Source of the DNA: an uncultured Rikenellaceae bacterium
Lineage (GTDB): Bacteria > Bacteroidota > Bacteroidia > Bacteroidales > VadinHA17
NCBI GenBank assembly: GCA_964526345.1
Contig: CAZGKI010000004.1
Span: forward strand, 8,694 to 72,693
Direction: 5' to 3'
DNA length: 64,000 nt
The position numbers and the translations under genes were made by a program. The notes beneath the pieces were generated by a model, which saw only the letters and a list, made by a program, of their open reading frames with translations, had not been told where the DNA came from and ran no database searches. Positions 29,959 through 39,436 of the stretch are shown here, in pieces. How positions within the stretch are numbered: position 1 is the stretch's first letter; each line of letters starts with the position of its first letter.

Positions 29959-31353
29959 ATGAAAAAAAGAAATACTGTTCTGATACTCGGTATATTTTCG
30001 ATCCTGGTTCTGATTGCCGCACAACTTATTATAATAAAAGGTGTATGGCGACAGAAAGATGAAATGCTTTGGCTTAGATACCGATCTCTTTCACAGGAAG
30101 CATGGTCAAATATGCAGAGGAGCAGGAGATCAATAGATCCATTTCAGACAGTCAGGTTTATACTGAGGAATTATTCTGATTCCATTGTTAAAGAATTACC
30201 CAAAATTACTGACCCGGACAAACTGGCAGAAAAGAAAAAGGATATTTTTGAATTCTTTTCACTCGTGCTGAACCAGGAACAGGATTTTTCTAAATATCTG
30301 TCGTCATATTTTGAAAGTATGGGGTTTGAAAAAGATTTTAAACACAGGATTGTAATCACCAATCTTGATATTATAGGAGCCGATACTTTTAATATCTACC
30401 GCAGCCAGTCCTTCATACCCAGGAGACCACAGGAAAGAGAGGGTATATCTACTGCATTAAAAGGCTCAAAGTCGAGTATTCTTGTCAGACTTCAGCAATG
30501 GGAAGACAATTATTATTCTCTTGATTTTGAATACTATATCGATTTCTCCGACAAACGGAAGATGATCATTAAAGAGATATCTGCCTCGCTGGGCATGAGC
30601 CTCTTCAGCATTATAATAGTGGTGACCATCTTCCTGATAACCTACCGCAATCTTATGGAGGAAAAGAGGTTATCGAATTTAAAGACTGACTTCATCAATA
30701 ACATGACCCATGAGCTCAAGACGCCACTGGCAACAATAACTGTTGCCGGCAAGACCCTTGAGATGGAACAGATCCGAAAAGATGACTCGAAGATCCTTGA
30801 GACTGCCAGGCTGATAGGAAAACAGAGCATCCACCTTAACCAGCTTATCAATATGATTCTCGAAATAAGCATGTGGGAAAGGACCGAGTTCCAGCTCGAC
30901 AGGAAAAAAGTCGATATTGAAGAGATTATGAATGATATTGTATCCAGCTTTAAAACCGGCTGCGGCAATTGTGCGAAGCTTAGTCAGAAATACAGCTTCA
31001 ATGGGGTAAAAACCGATATTGACCTGGTCTATTTTACAGCATTGATTAATAATCTGCTTTCGAATGCTGTGAAATATTCTGATAAAGAACCTGAAATAGA
31101 TGTGGAGGGATTCGTTGAAAATAAGAATATCTGTATCAGGGTGTCAGATAATGGCATTGGGATAAGCAAGGCCGATCAGAAACATGTGTTTGATAAATTT
31201 TACCGTGCCTCATCAGGCAACATCCATAAATATAAAGGTCTTGGACTTGGGTTATATTACGTGAAAAAAATTGCCGCGGCTCACGGAGGAGATGTTACAG
31301 TGACCAGTAAAACCGGAAAAGGTAGTATCTTTACAGTAACAATTCCATATTAA
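29959..31353 (+). CDS. sensor histidine kinase (two TM segments, HisKA plus HATPase_c)
   Basis: H-box 'NMTHELKTPLATI'; N box 'LLSNAVKYS'; G boxes 'DNGIGI' and 'GLGLGLYYVKKI'. Confidence 0.9.
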   Translation: MKKRNTVLILGIFSILVLIAAQLIIIKGVWRQKDEMLWLRYRSLSQEAWSNMQRSRRSIDPFQTVRFILRNYSDSIVKELPKITDPDKLAEKKKDIFEFFSLVLNQEQDFSKYLSSYFESMGFEKDFKHRIVITNLDIIGADTFNIYRSQSFIPRRPQEREGISTALKGSKSSILVRLQQWEDNYYSLDFEYYIDFSDKRKMIIKEISASLGMSLFSIIIVVTIFLITYRNLMEEKRLSNLKTDFINNMTHELKTPLATITVAGKTLEMEQIRKDDSKILETARLIGKQSIHLNQLINMILEISMWERTEFQLDRKKVDIEEIMNDIVSSFKTGCGNCAKLSQKYSFNGVKTDIDLVYFTALINNLLSNAVKYSDKEPEIDVEGFVENKNICIRVSDNGIGISKADQKHVFDKFYRASSGNIHKYKGLGLGLYYVKKIAAAHGGDVTVTSKTGKGSIFTVTIPY

Positions 31354-31368
31354 AAACTGTTCAGGGTT

Positions 31369-32052
31369 ATGAAAGTACTTTTAGCTGAAGACGACAGGGA
31401 TTTCGGAAACATTTTATCACAATATGTATCGATCAACGGATTTGATGTTACTCTTGCGCGCGACGGGAAAGAAGCATGGGAACTATTTAATCAAGACAGA
31501 CCTGATATTTGTGTTCTGGATGTTATGATGCCCGAAATGGATGGTTTCACTCTTGGCGAAAAGATCAAGGAAGCCCAGCCAGGGGTACCTCTGATATTTC
31601 TTACGGCAAAAAGCCTGAAAGAAGATATTGTAAGAGGATTAAAGATCGGCGCCGACGATTACATAACAAAACCTTTTGATCCTGAAGTGCTTATACTGAG
31701 GATCAATAATATCCTGAAACGGGTCTATACCTCAACAAATGATGAATACAGGATATCATCCACAATACTTAATTTTAACACTCTGGAGCTCATATCAGGC
31801 AATGCAAAAGAAAAGCTCACACTGAAAGAAGCGCAACTGATGAAGCTTTTCATTATCAACAAAAATAAAATTCTTGCCAGAGAAGATATTCTTACCGAAA
31901 TATGGGGTGAAGATGATTATTTCCTTGGAAGAAGCATGGATGTGTTTATCAGTCGTTTGCGCAAATATATTTCCGATGACGATAATATTGATATCCGCAC
32001 AGTGAGGGGAACAGGGTTCATCCTTGAGGAGCTGAATAAGAACGGAAAGTAG
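31369..32052 (+). CDS. OmpR/PhoB-family response regulator
   Basis: Receiver 'KVLLAEDD...DICVLDVMMPEMDG...LTAK'. Winged-helix C-terminus '...SRLRKYI...IRTVRGTGFIL'. Confidence 0.9.
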   Translation: MKVLLAEDDRDFGNILSQYVSINGFDVTLARDGKEAWELFNQDRPDICVLDVMMPEMDGFTLGEKIKEAQPGVPLIFLTAKSLKEDIVRGLKIGADDYITKPFDPEVLILRINNILKRVYTSTNDEYRISSTILNFNTLELISGNAKEKLTLKEAQLMKLFIINKNKILAREDILTEIWGEDDYFLGRSMDVFISRLRKYISDDDNIDIRTVRGTGFILEELNKNGK

Positions 32053-32088
32053 GTGCCAGGTTCTGAGTGCCCGGCCCCGGGTGGCAAT

Positions 32089-32114
32089 AAAGTAATCAAA
32101 CTATATTACTTTTT
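32089..32114. terminator. weak AT-rich hairpin between convergent genes
   Basis: AAAGTAAT-caaactat-ATTACTTT (8-bp stem) followed by TT. Confidence 0.3.
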
Positions 32115-32150
32115 CAACAGTCCTAATCCAATGGGGGTCAGTATATAATA

Positions 32151-33254
32151 TTATTTCTTCCCTCCAAGAACTTCATTAACCTTATTATAAAGAGCATCAC
32201 CTCTCAGGTTCCTTCCTATTATAGTTCCTGTTTCATCAAGAAGGAAATTTGCAGGAATGGAATTGACGGCATAAAGTTTGGCAGCTGCATTATTCCAGTA
32301 CTGAAGATCAGAAACATGTGTCCAGGTCAGTTTATCATCAGCGATTGCCTTCACCCAGTCATCTTTGCTGCGGTCAAGAGAAACACCAAATACATCAAAT
32401 CCTTTCTTGTGAAATGTATTGTATACCTTTACAAGATTCGGGTTTTCCTGACGGCATGGACCACACCATGCTGCCCAGAAATCAATAAGAAGAAGCTTTG
32501 ATCCTATTTTTGAATAGAGTGAAACCGGGTTCCCATTTACGTCGTCTAAAGTAAAGTCAGGAGCTTTCTGTCCGACTGCAACAGCTTTCATAGCAATAAC
32601 CCTTTCTTTCAGATCCTTAATGATCTCCAGCTTTGCAATATTAGTATCAACAGCATTTACTGCGGCTTCCAGCTCATCAGCATCCATTTCATAACTTATG
32701 CTTCTTAAAATTGAAGGAGTAACATATGAGGCAGGATGATTTTTAATAAATTCTTTTTGAAGAGCAGTCATTTCACCTGTAAGTGTTTCGGCATCCTTCT
32801 CAATTTGTGATTGTTTTGCCGTATCATTAGTTTGTCTGGCAGCCTGATATTCTTTAACCAGGGTGGAATATTTCTCGCTTAATGGTTTATTTGAATCTAT
32901 GAAAGACTGGTACTCATCCTGGGTTTTCGAACCAGTGACCTTAGCAGCAAAAAGGGAATCGAGCTTCCCGGTGATAGTAATAGCAGAATTCTCAATGTAG
33001 AAAGATGTTCGTTTATTCGTGTTCATCGCTAAAAGTTGTACCATATCCGGGTAATCAACTTTGCCGGTCATTTTAAAGGCTCCTTTCTTTGATATCACAG
33101 AATCAATAGTTACAATTTTCCCTGCTTCTCTTTTCTGGAGAAGGAAGGTTATACTATCTGAACCAGCAATATTGCCTTTTATAACATAGTGAGGTTCTGT
33201 ACTGCAGGAAGCAATAATTGCCACTAAAACAAACAGGTAAATCAATTTTTTCAT
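32151..33254 (-). CDS. TlpA-family thiol:disulfide oxidoreductase lipoprotein (DUF4369-like N-domain plus thioredoxin fold)
   Basis: Lipobox 'IIASC'; 'LLLIDFWAAWCGPC' active site. Confidence 0.85.
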   Translation of the reverse strand: MKKLIYLFVLVAIIASCSTEPHYVIKGNIAGSDSITFLLQKREAGKIVTIDSVISKKGAFKMTGKVDYPDMVQLLAMNTNKRTSFYIENSAITITGKLDSLFAAKVTGSKTQDEYQSFIDSNKPLSEKYSTLVKEYQAARQTNDTAKQSQIEKDAETLTGEMTALQKEFIKNHPASYVTPSILRSISYEMDADELEAAVNAVDTNIAKLEIIKDLKERVIAMKAVAVGQKAPDFTLDDVNGNPVSLYSKIGSKLLLIDFWAAWCGPCRQENPNLVKVYNTFHKKGFDVFGVSLDRSKDDWVKAIADDKLTWTHVSDLQYWNNAAAKLYAVNSIPANFLLDETGTIIGRNLRGDALYNKVNEVLGGKK

Positions 33255-33327
33255 ATCAGGAATTTTAATTAAGTATCAGACAGATAAATAAAGGTTCACA
33301 CAAATATATGAATAATGTCAATAAATC

Positions 33328-34416
33328 TTACTTTTTAAGGTATTTGTTAATTAAATCGACTGCGGCAGTATAGGAGGTTATTTTGCCTTCGAGCAGTTTT
33401 TTCTCCAGCTGCGGACGTAATAATTTTACCTTTTCACTATTATTGAATGAGTTCATCAGAAATTGGAGTATAGTATCGTCCATCCTTATAACAGCCTGTT
33501 GTTTTCTGCGTTCAGCGAAATAACCATTATTGACTGTATACTCAACATAAAGGGTTATTTTCTTCCATATCTCTTCAATACCTTTATTTTCGCGTGCTGA
33601 GCATGTGATGACTTCCGGTTTCCATCCCGAGGGAGGACACGGGAATAAATGAAGTGCATTCCGGTACATTATTTTTGTCGTCTCGGCTGCTGTTTCATTC
33701 AGCCCGTCAGCTTTTGTAATGGCAATCAAATCTGCCATTTCCATAATGCCCCGTTTTATTCCCTGAAGTTCATCTCCCATTCCTGCCAGCATAAGCAGGA
33801 GAAAAAAGTCAACCATGGAATGAACTTCTGTCTCGGATTGCCCCACTCCCACTGTTTCAACGAGTATAGTGTCGAATCCTGCTGCTTCACAAAGTATTAT
33901 GGTCTCCCTGGTCTTTCTTGCAACCCCACCAAGTGTACCGGCATTCGGAGAAGGTCTTATAAAAGCATCAGGATGGGTACTCAGCTTCTCCATTCTCGTC
34001 TTATCTCCCAGGATACTCCCTTTGGTCTGCCCGCTGCTGGGATCAATCGCCAGTACTGCAGGTCTTCTCCCCTCACTGGTCAGGAATAACCCGAATGATT
34101 CGATAAATGTGCTTTTACCTGCCCCGGGAACACCTGTTATACCTATTCTTATGGATTTTGCACTGTACGGAAGGCATTTTTCAACTATTGACTGGATCTT
34201 GTCATAATGTTCAGGTAATGAACTCTCTGCAAGAGTGATAGCCTGACTTAAAATTGTCCTGTTTCCCGATAAAATTCCTGCGACATATTCATCCACAGTG
34301 TATTTCTTCCTGGCCTTCCTTCCTTTACCCATTAGTACATCAGGGTTGATGCTTGGTGGTGTATGAACCCCTTCCTGAACATACAAAGCACTTTTATACC
34401 TCTTTTTCCCCTCCAT
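33328..34416 (-). CDS. meaB: methylmalonyl-CoA mutase-associated G3E GTPase MeaB/ArgK
   Basis: P-loop 'GITGVPGAGKST'; 'ILVETVGVGQSE'; 'ITKADG'. Confidence 0.85.
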   Translation of the reverse strand: MEGKKRYKSALYVQEGVHTPPSINPDVLMGKGRKARKKYTVDEYVAGILSGNRTILSQAITLAESSLPEHYDKIQSIVEKCLPYSAKSIRIGITGVPGAGKSTFIESFGLFLTSEGRRPAVLAIDPSSGQTKGSILGDKTRMEKLSTHPDAFIRPSPNAGTLGGVARKTRETIILCEAAGFDTILVETVGVGQSETEVHSMVDFFLLLMLAGMGDELQGIKRGIMEMADLIAITKADGLNETAAETTKIMYRNALHLFPCPPSGWKPEVITCSARENKGIEEIWKKITLYVEYTVNNGYFAERRKQQAVIRMDDTILQFLMNSFNNSEKVKLLRPQLEKKLLEGKITSYTAAVDLINKYLKK

Positions 34417-34429
34417 TACTGTCGATTTA

Positions 34430-34474
34430 CTCTCAAAAATAATAAAAGGGTGCCAGAAAGATTACGGCACCCTT
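34430..34474 (-). terminator. rho-independent terminator after the DUF1573 gene
   Basis: Perfect 9-bp stem AAGGGTGCC/GGCACCCTT (34446-34454 / 34466-34474). On the minus strand it is followed by TTATTATTTTTGAG. Confidence 0.6.
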
Positions 34475-34501
34475 ATATTTATAGCTTTTGGTATATCTGT
34501 T

Positions 34502-35593
34502 TTACTTATCAGGAACAGGCTGCTGAACGTCTGCATTCAGCATTAATACAACCTCCGAATTCTTCGGGTCATTAGAATAAACGTAGATAACTTTTGTAAC
34601 TTTCCCATTGTACCCTCCTGAATTAAAGACGGCTTTAATGGAACTTGACTCTCCCGGTTTTATGCCTACTCCCTGCTGACCCTGTACAATAGCCGTGCAG
34701 CCGCATGTAGATCTCACTTGTCGTATAATGAGGTCTCTCTTGCCTGCATTACTAAATTTATACTCAGCTTCTTTGGCTGTTGAACCAGGAATTTTTCCCA
34801 GGTCAATGTTTGTCGTTTCGAGCTTAAAAACAGGTGCATTTTCAAGATCTGCTTTTGAAAGAGAAGAAAAGTCTTCGACGAGATTTGCAGATACATAATA
34901 AAATACATTTTCCTGAACAACTCCATTCAGCTTAATTTTAACCATGTCGCTTACATTACCCCAGCTATCGTTCTTGGTAGCATCATATGTTCCTTCAATG
35001 ATCCCTTTCTGCCCCGGCTTAAGTGTTAGAGGATTAGCCTTAAGAGTAAGGTGAGCAGGAAGATTTTCAAATTCAACTTTAACAGGTTCTGAAGATGGAT
35101 TTATAATTTGCATTATGCGAATCTTTTTATCAGTCTTCTTAACATTCGTGAAAGCAAGGTGGTTACTCTCAAAACGCACATCACCAACAGGGAAAGTAAA
35201 GAGTTCCTCGATCGTCTTTTCATGAGGAATAACCTCACCCTTTATCCTTAAAACAACTATTTCAGGTTTTGAATTAGTATAAACAGAAAGTGTTTTGTCG
35301 AACTGTCCCGGTCGATCTTTTGGGTCGTAGATCGCCGTAATCTTTCCTTTCGCACCAGCCGGGATAGGCGCCCTCGTCCATTCTGGAGTAGTACAACCGC
35401 AAGAAGCTACTATATTCTGAATCACAAGCGGAGAATTTCCCGCATTTGTCACAATAAAATTGTAAGTCTGCCTTCCGGCCTCCTCCTTAAAAGTACCAAA
35501 ATTATGTTCAGAATCCGACACTTTCATCATCGGTTGTGCAAAAAGGGAAGCGCTCAACACTAAAATCGAAAACAGAAGAATAAATCTTTTCAT
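34502..35593 (-). CDS. secreted multi-domain DUF1573-type protein
   Basis: Signal peptide; repeated Ig-like modules with the characteristic 'ASCGCTTPEW' and 'STCGCTA' motifs. Confidence 0.75.
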   Translation of the reverse strand: MKRFILLFSILVLSASLFAQPMMKVSDSEHNFGTFKEEAGRQTYNFIVTNAGNSPLVIQNIVASCGCTTPEWTRAPIPAGAKGKITAIYDPKDRPGQFDKTLSVYTNSKPEIVVLRIKGEVIPHEKTIEELFTFPVGDVRFESNHLAFTNVKKTDKKIRIMQIINPSSEPVKVEFENLPAHLTLKANPLTLKPGQKGIIEGTYDATKNDSWGNVSDMVKIKLNGVVQENVFYYVSANLVEDFSSLSKADLENAPVFKLETTNIDLGKIPGSTAKEAEYKFSNAGKRDLIIRQVRSTCGCTAIVQGQQGVGIKPGESSSIKAVFNSGGYNGKVTKVIYVYSNDPKNSEVVLMLNADVQQPVPDK

Positions 35594-35849
35594 TTTTTCT
35601 TAATTATTATATAATAAATATTGTAATAATCCGGTTTTTTAAATAAACAACTCTGGAAAGGAATTGGTTGCATGGCATATCACAAAAATCAGACCGTAAA
35701 ACGTTTTTTATTATTAAAACATGCAAAAATAATAAAGTTTAATCTATTTCGATATTTTAAAACATAATATCATTAGTTTTGTTGCACAGACCGGTATGAA
35801 TTGAATAATATTTGTGGTTAATAGCCGGTTTTTCATGACGATACATATA

Positions 35850-38800
35850 ATGAGACGTAGCTATAGACTGATAATCATTTTTTTAGCCTGCATGCTTTAT
35901 CTGAACGTAAGCGGCCAGTTTTATAATGGCCTTCAGATGACATTTGGTAAGAACAGAGTTCAGTACTATGATTTCTTCTGGTCATATTACAGGTTCGATG
36001 ATTTCGATTGCTACTTCAATGAATATGGGCGTGATCTTGCTGAATATACTGCAAATTATACTACTAAGAAGCTGGCCGATATTGAGGATTTCTTTGACTA
36101 CACCCTGGAAAAAAGACTGATCTTCATAATTTATAATAAAAATGGTGAGTATAAGCAATCAAACATTGGCCTGGTAACATCAGATGAAGAAAATTATAAT
36201 ACCGGCGGATTCAGCAGGATTATAAAGAACAAGGTAATGCTGTATTATGAGGGCGATCATGAAAATTTTGATAAACAGATAGCTGAGTCTATTGCTGAAG
36301 TGATAATCAACGAAATTTTGTATAATGCTGATGTAAAGGACAGAGTTTCAAGTTCATCTCTAATAAATATGCCGGACTGGTACCTGAAGGGACTAATAAA
36401 TTATGTCGCCTTTGGCTGGGATTATAATGCAGAGAATATCGTTAAGGATGGAATCATGTCCGGTAAATACAAGAAAATTGCGCATCTCGAAAATGATGAC
36501 GCTATATATGCCGGACAATCGTTCTGGAGGTTTATCGGGAAACAATACGGTGATGCTCTTATACCGAATATTATTTATTTAACCAAAATTTATAAGAATA
36601 TAAATGATGGTTTCCAATATGTAATCGGAAAAGACCTTAAAGACCTGCTTAAGGAATGGCAGGAGTTTTATAAAAATGATTATTCAGGTGACAGGAATCT
36701 TCCCGGTTTTGACGGGAATGTTATCCGGAAATCAAAAAAAGAACAAATATACCAGCAGGTAAGAGTGAGTCCCGATGGTAAATATATTGCTTATGTTACC
36801 AACGACTGGGGAAGGAAAAGAATATGGCTTTACGATCAGACAACAGGCAAACAGAAAATTATTTTCAGAAGAGAGCCAAGGTTTGAATATACCAGCGACA
36901 GGACCTACCCTGTGCTTGCCTGGCATCCCAGCAGTAAAATACTGACATTTATTAATGAAGAGAAAACTGGCCTCGTAATGTATTTTTACAGGGTAACTGA
37001 CAGGTCGACTGAGGAAAGAAACCTGTTATATTACGATAAGATCCTCGATTTCTCCTATGCTCCTGAAGGCTCCAGGCTGATTTTTTCCGCTGTGAAAGAT
37101 GGTATCACCGACCTTTATGTTCATACAATTGCATCCGGTACCAATGAGCAGATAACCAGAGATGTCGCAGACGACCTGCATCCTTCCTTTCTAAAAGATA
37201 AACCCGATGAAATAATCTTCTCATCCAACAGGCTGTCGGATACACTTTCAAGTACCGGAAACCCTTTCGAAAAAACAGGAAATACGTATGATCTGTTTAC
37301 ATATAATCTTTCAACAAGGGGAAATATGCTGACAAGGCTTACAGAAGGGCAATACAGTGATCGAATGTCACCTGTAGGTATCGGACAAAGCAGAATTGCG
37401 TATATAGGTAATACAAATGGCGTCCTTAACAGGTATATTGCAAATTTTGACAGTGCCATAAGTTATATAGACACAACAACCCATTACAGGTATTTTATAA
37501 AATCGCAGCCAATAACAAATTACGACCGCAACATCCTGGATGAGTCGGTGGTTGACGGCTCTGACACCTATGGGGAAATACTGTACAGCAAAGGGAGATA
37601 CCTTTTACGTAAAGGACAGCTCAACACTTCCACTCATATCCCGGAAAATGAGATAGTGTTGAGTAATTTCAGAAAAGATGAGACAAAACTGCTGTACAAA
37701 GCTGACAGTGTTGAACAGTTAAGACAATGGCTTCTGGCAGAAGACAGAAAAAGGAGGGACACGCTTACCAAACCCCTTTATGAATATTATATCAAAGATG
37801 AACCAATAGATATTAACCATTATATTTTTGAAAAGGAAAAACAAAACTATTATGAGCAACTCTGGAGAAAGGATTATATGGATATTGATCTCGACACCGG
37901 AGAAATCCGGCTTCCACTGCTGAGAATTTATGAGACTTCTTTTTATAATAATTATGTGGTCGAACAGATCGACTTCTCCTTTCTGAATAATTCTTATCAG
38001 GTGTATAATTCAGGCGCTCCGTATTATAATCCTGGCTTAAATGGACTGATCAGGTTCGGAATAGTCGATCTTTTTGAAAACTACCGGGTAACAGGAGGTA
38101 TAAGATTATCGGGTAATTTTGACAGCAATGAATACCTGCTGAGTGTCGAGAACCTGAAGGGAAAATTCGATAAGCAGCTTATATTTCACAGGCAGGCTTT
38201 CTTCAGCTCAAATGATACTACATATTTTAAAACATATACTCACAACATCTATCTGTCGTACTCATACCCTTTTTCTCCGGTACTTGCACTTAAGGGAACC
38301 CTTTCGTACAGATACGACAGACATGTCTTTCTTTCAACCGATATGGCAACTCTTAACAGTCCGAGTATTTATCGTCACTGGGGTAGCATTAAAGGGGAAC
38401 TTATTTACGACAATACCCGCAAAAGGATAGTGAACATCTATTATGGAACCAGGTTTAAAATATTCGGAGAATATTATAAAGAGCTGACAACAAGAAATTC
38501 TGATATGATTGTGATTGGAGTTGACTTCAGAAAGTATATTAAGATCCACAGAGAACTGATTTGGGCCAACAGATTTGCTGCAAGTACCTCTTACGGACCT
38601 ACCAGGCTGGTGTATTACCTCGGTGGTGTTGACAACTGGATGGGGTATTTCTTCTCAAAATATCCGATGTTCGATAATTCCATTCCGGTCAATCCTGATG
38701 TAAATTATGGTTTCCAGGCTCTTGCAACCAACATGAGAGGGTTCAGCCAGAATATCAGAAACGGGACCAGCTTTGCACTTATCAACAGTGAGATAAGATG

Positions 38801-39125
38801 GCCTTTTATAAGATATATTGCAGGTCATCCGCTGCGTTCCAACTTTCTTAACAGCCTCCAGGTGGTTGGTTTTGGCGACATAGGTTCAGCCTGGACAGGT
38901 AAATCTCCCTGGGCCGGTGAAAATGCCTACGACAATGAAATAATTAAGAACGGACCCGTGACTGTAACTCTCGATTCAAACAGGGAACCTATTGTTGCAG
39001 GATTTGGTGCCGGAGCCAGGGCACAGATATTAGGGTATTTCATAAGGGCCGACTGGGCCTGGGGTATAGAAAATCATTACCTTCTTCCAAAAATATTCTA
39101 CCTTTCATTCAGTCTCGATTTTTAA
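35850..39125 (+). CDS. large secreted protein: N-terminal unknown domain, TolB-like PD40 beta-propeller, C-terminal Omp85/surface-antigen-like beta-barrel
   Basis: Signal peptide 'LIIIFLACMLYLNVSGQ' (ATG at 35850). PD40-like 'VSPDGKYIAYVTND...IWLYD' and 'YAPEGSRLIFSAVKDGITDLY'. C-terminus 'GFGAGARAQILGYFIRADWAWG...LSFSLDF'. Confidence 0.65.
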   Translation: MRRSYRLIIIFLACMLYLNVSGQFYNGLQMTFGKNRVQYYDFFWSYYRFDDFDCYFNEYGRDLAEYTANYTTKKLADIEDFFDYTLEKRLIFIIYNKNGEYKQSNIGLVTSDEENYNTGGFSRIIKNKVMLYYEGDHENFDKQIAESIAEVIINEILYNADVKDRVSSSSLINMPDWYLKGLINYVAFGWDYNAENIVKDGIMSGKYKKIAHLENDDAIYAGQSFWRFIGKQYGDALIPNIIYLTKIYKNINDGFQYVIGKDLKDLLKEWQEFYKNDYSGDRNLPGFDGNVIRKSKKEQIYQQVRVSPDGKYIAYVTNDWGRKRIWLYDQTTGKQKIIFRREPRFEYTSDRTYPVLAWHPSSKILTFINEEKTGLVMYFYRVTDRSTEERNLLYYDKILDFSYAPEGSRLIFSAVKDGITDLYVHTIASGTNEQITRDVADDLHPSFLKDKPDEIIFSSNRLSDTLSSTGNPFEKTGNTYDLFTYNLSTRGNMLTRLTEGQYSDRMSPVGIGQSRIAYIGNTNGVLNRYIANFDSAISYIDTTTHYRYFIKSQPITNYDRNILDESVVDGSDTYGEILYSKGRYLLRKGQLNTSTHIPENEIVLSNFRKDETKLLYKADSVEQLRQWLLAEDRKRRDTLTKPLYEYYIKDEPIDINHYIFEKEKQNYYEQLWRKDYMDIDLDTGEIRLPLLRIYETSFYNNYVVEQIDFSFLNNSYQVYNSGAPYYNPGLNGLIRFGIVDLFENYRVTGGIRLSGNFDSNEYLLSVENLKGKFDKQLIFHRQAFFSSNDTTYFKTYTHNIYLSYSYPFSPVLALKGTLSYRYDRHVFLSTDMATLNSPSIYRHWGSIKGELIYDNTRKRIVNIYYGTRFKIFGEYYKELTTRNSDMIVIGVDFRKYIKIHRELIWANRFAASTSYGPTRLVYYLGGVDNWMGYFFSKYPMFDNSIPVNPDVNYGFQALATNMRGFSQNIRNGTSFALINSEIRWPFIRYIAGHPLRSNFLNSLQVVGFGDIGSAWTGKSPWAGENAYDNEIIKNGPVTVTLDSNREPIVAGFGAGARAQILGYFIRADWAWGIENHYLLPKIFYLSFSLDF

Positions 39126-39165
39126 ATAACTGAGATAAGAGTTTTTTTAATTTAGAATTTTTAGA

Positions 39166-39173
39166 TAAATTTG
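39166..39173 (+). promoter_or_regulatory. candidate Bacteroidota -7 box (TAAATTTG) for the ferredoxin gene
   Basis: Exact TAnnTTTG match 39 nt upstream of the ATG at 39212. Confidence 0.45.
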
Positions 39174-39211
39174 TGCGATTTTTGTAATTTATTTAACTAA
39201 AAATAATAAAA

Positions 39212-39379
39212 ATGGCTTACAAAATTAATGATGATTGCACCGCATGCGGAACCTGTATAGATGAATGTCCAGTTGAAGCTATTTCTGAAGGTGATATCTA
39301 TAAAATAGACCCTGATATCTGCACAGATTGTGGAGCATGTGCTGATGTTTGCCCGGTAGAGGCTATACATCCTGAATAG
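39212..39379 (+). CDS. 2x[4Fe-4S] ferredoxin (55 aa), absent from the ORF track
   Basis: Hand translation: MAYKINDDCTACGTCIDECPVEAISEGDIYKIDPDICTDCGACADVCPVEAIHPE*. Two CxxCxxCxxxCP clusters; its own -7 box and terminator. Confidence 0.9.
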   Translation: MAYKINDDCTACGTCIDECPVEAISEGDIYKIDPDICTDCGACADVCPVEAIHPE

Positions 39380-39403
39380 TAATGCAATAAAAGTAAAAAA
39401 GGG

Positions 39404-39436
39404 AGAGCCGTTGATTAAAACGGTTCTTCTTTTTTT
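39404..39436. terminator. rho-independent terminator after the ferredoxin gene (also serves the convergent gene)
   Basis: AGAGCCGTT-gattaa-AACGGTTCT (9-bp stem with one G-U) followed by TCTTTTTTT. An A-run precedes it, serving the opposite strand. Confidence 0.7.

Noticed and set aside
32064-32087. A GC-rich patch GAGTGCCCGGCCCCGGGTGGC after the response-regulator gene, considered as a terminator.
   Set aside because: Only a 4-bp CCCG/CGGG stem with wobble extensions and no U-tract. The AT-rich hairpin at 32089-32114 is listed instead, at low confidence.
35814-35849. A GTG-initiated 12-codon extension of the 1103-aa ORF.
   Set aside because: The ATG at 35850 is immediately followed by a typical signal peptide, and the extension adds nothing recognisable.
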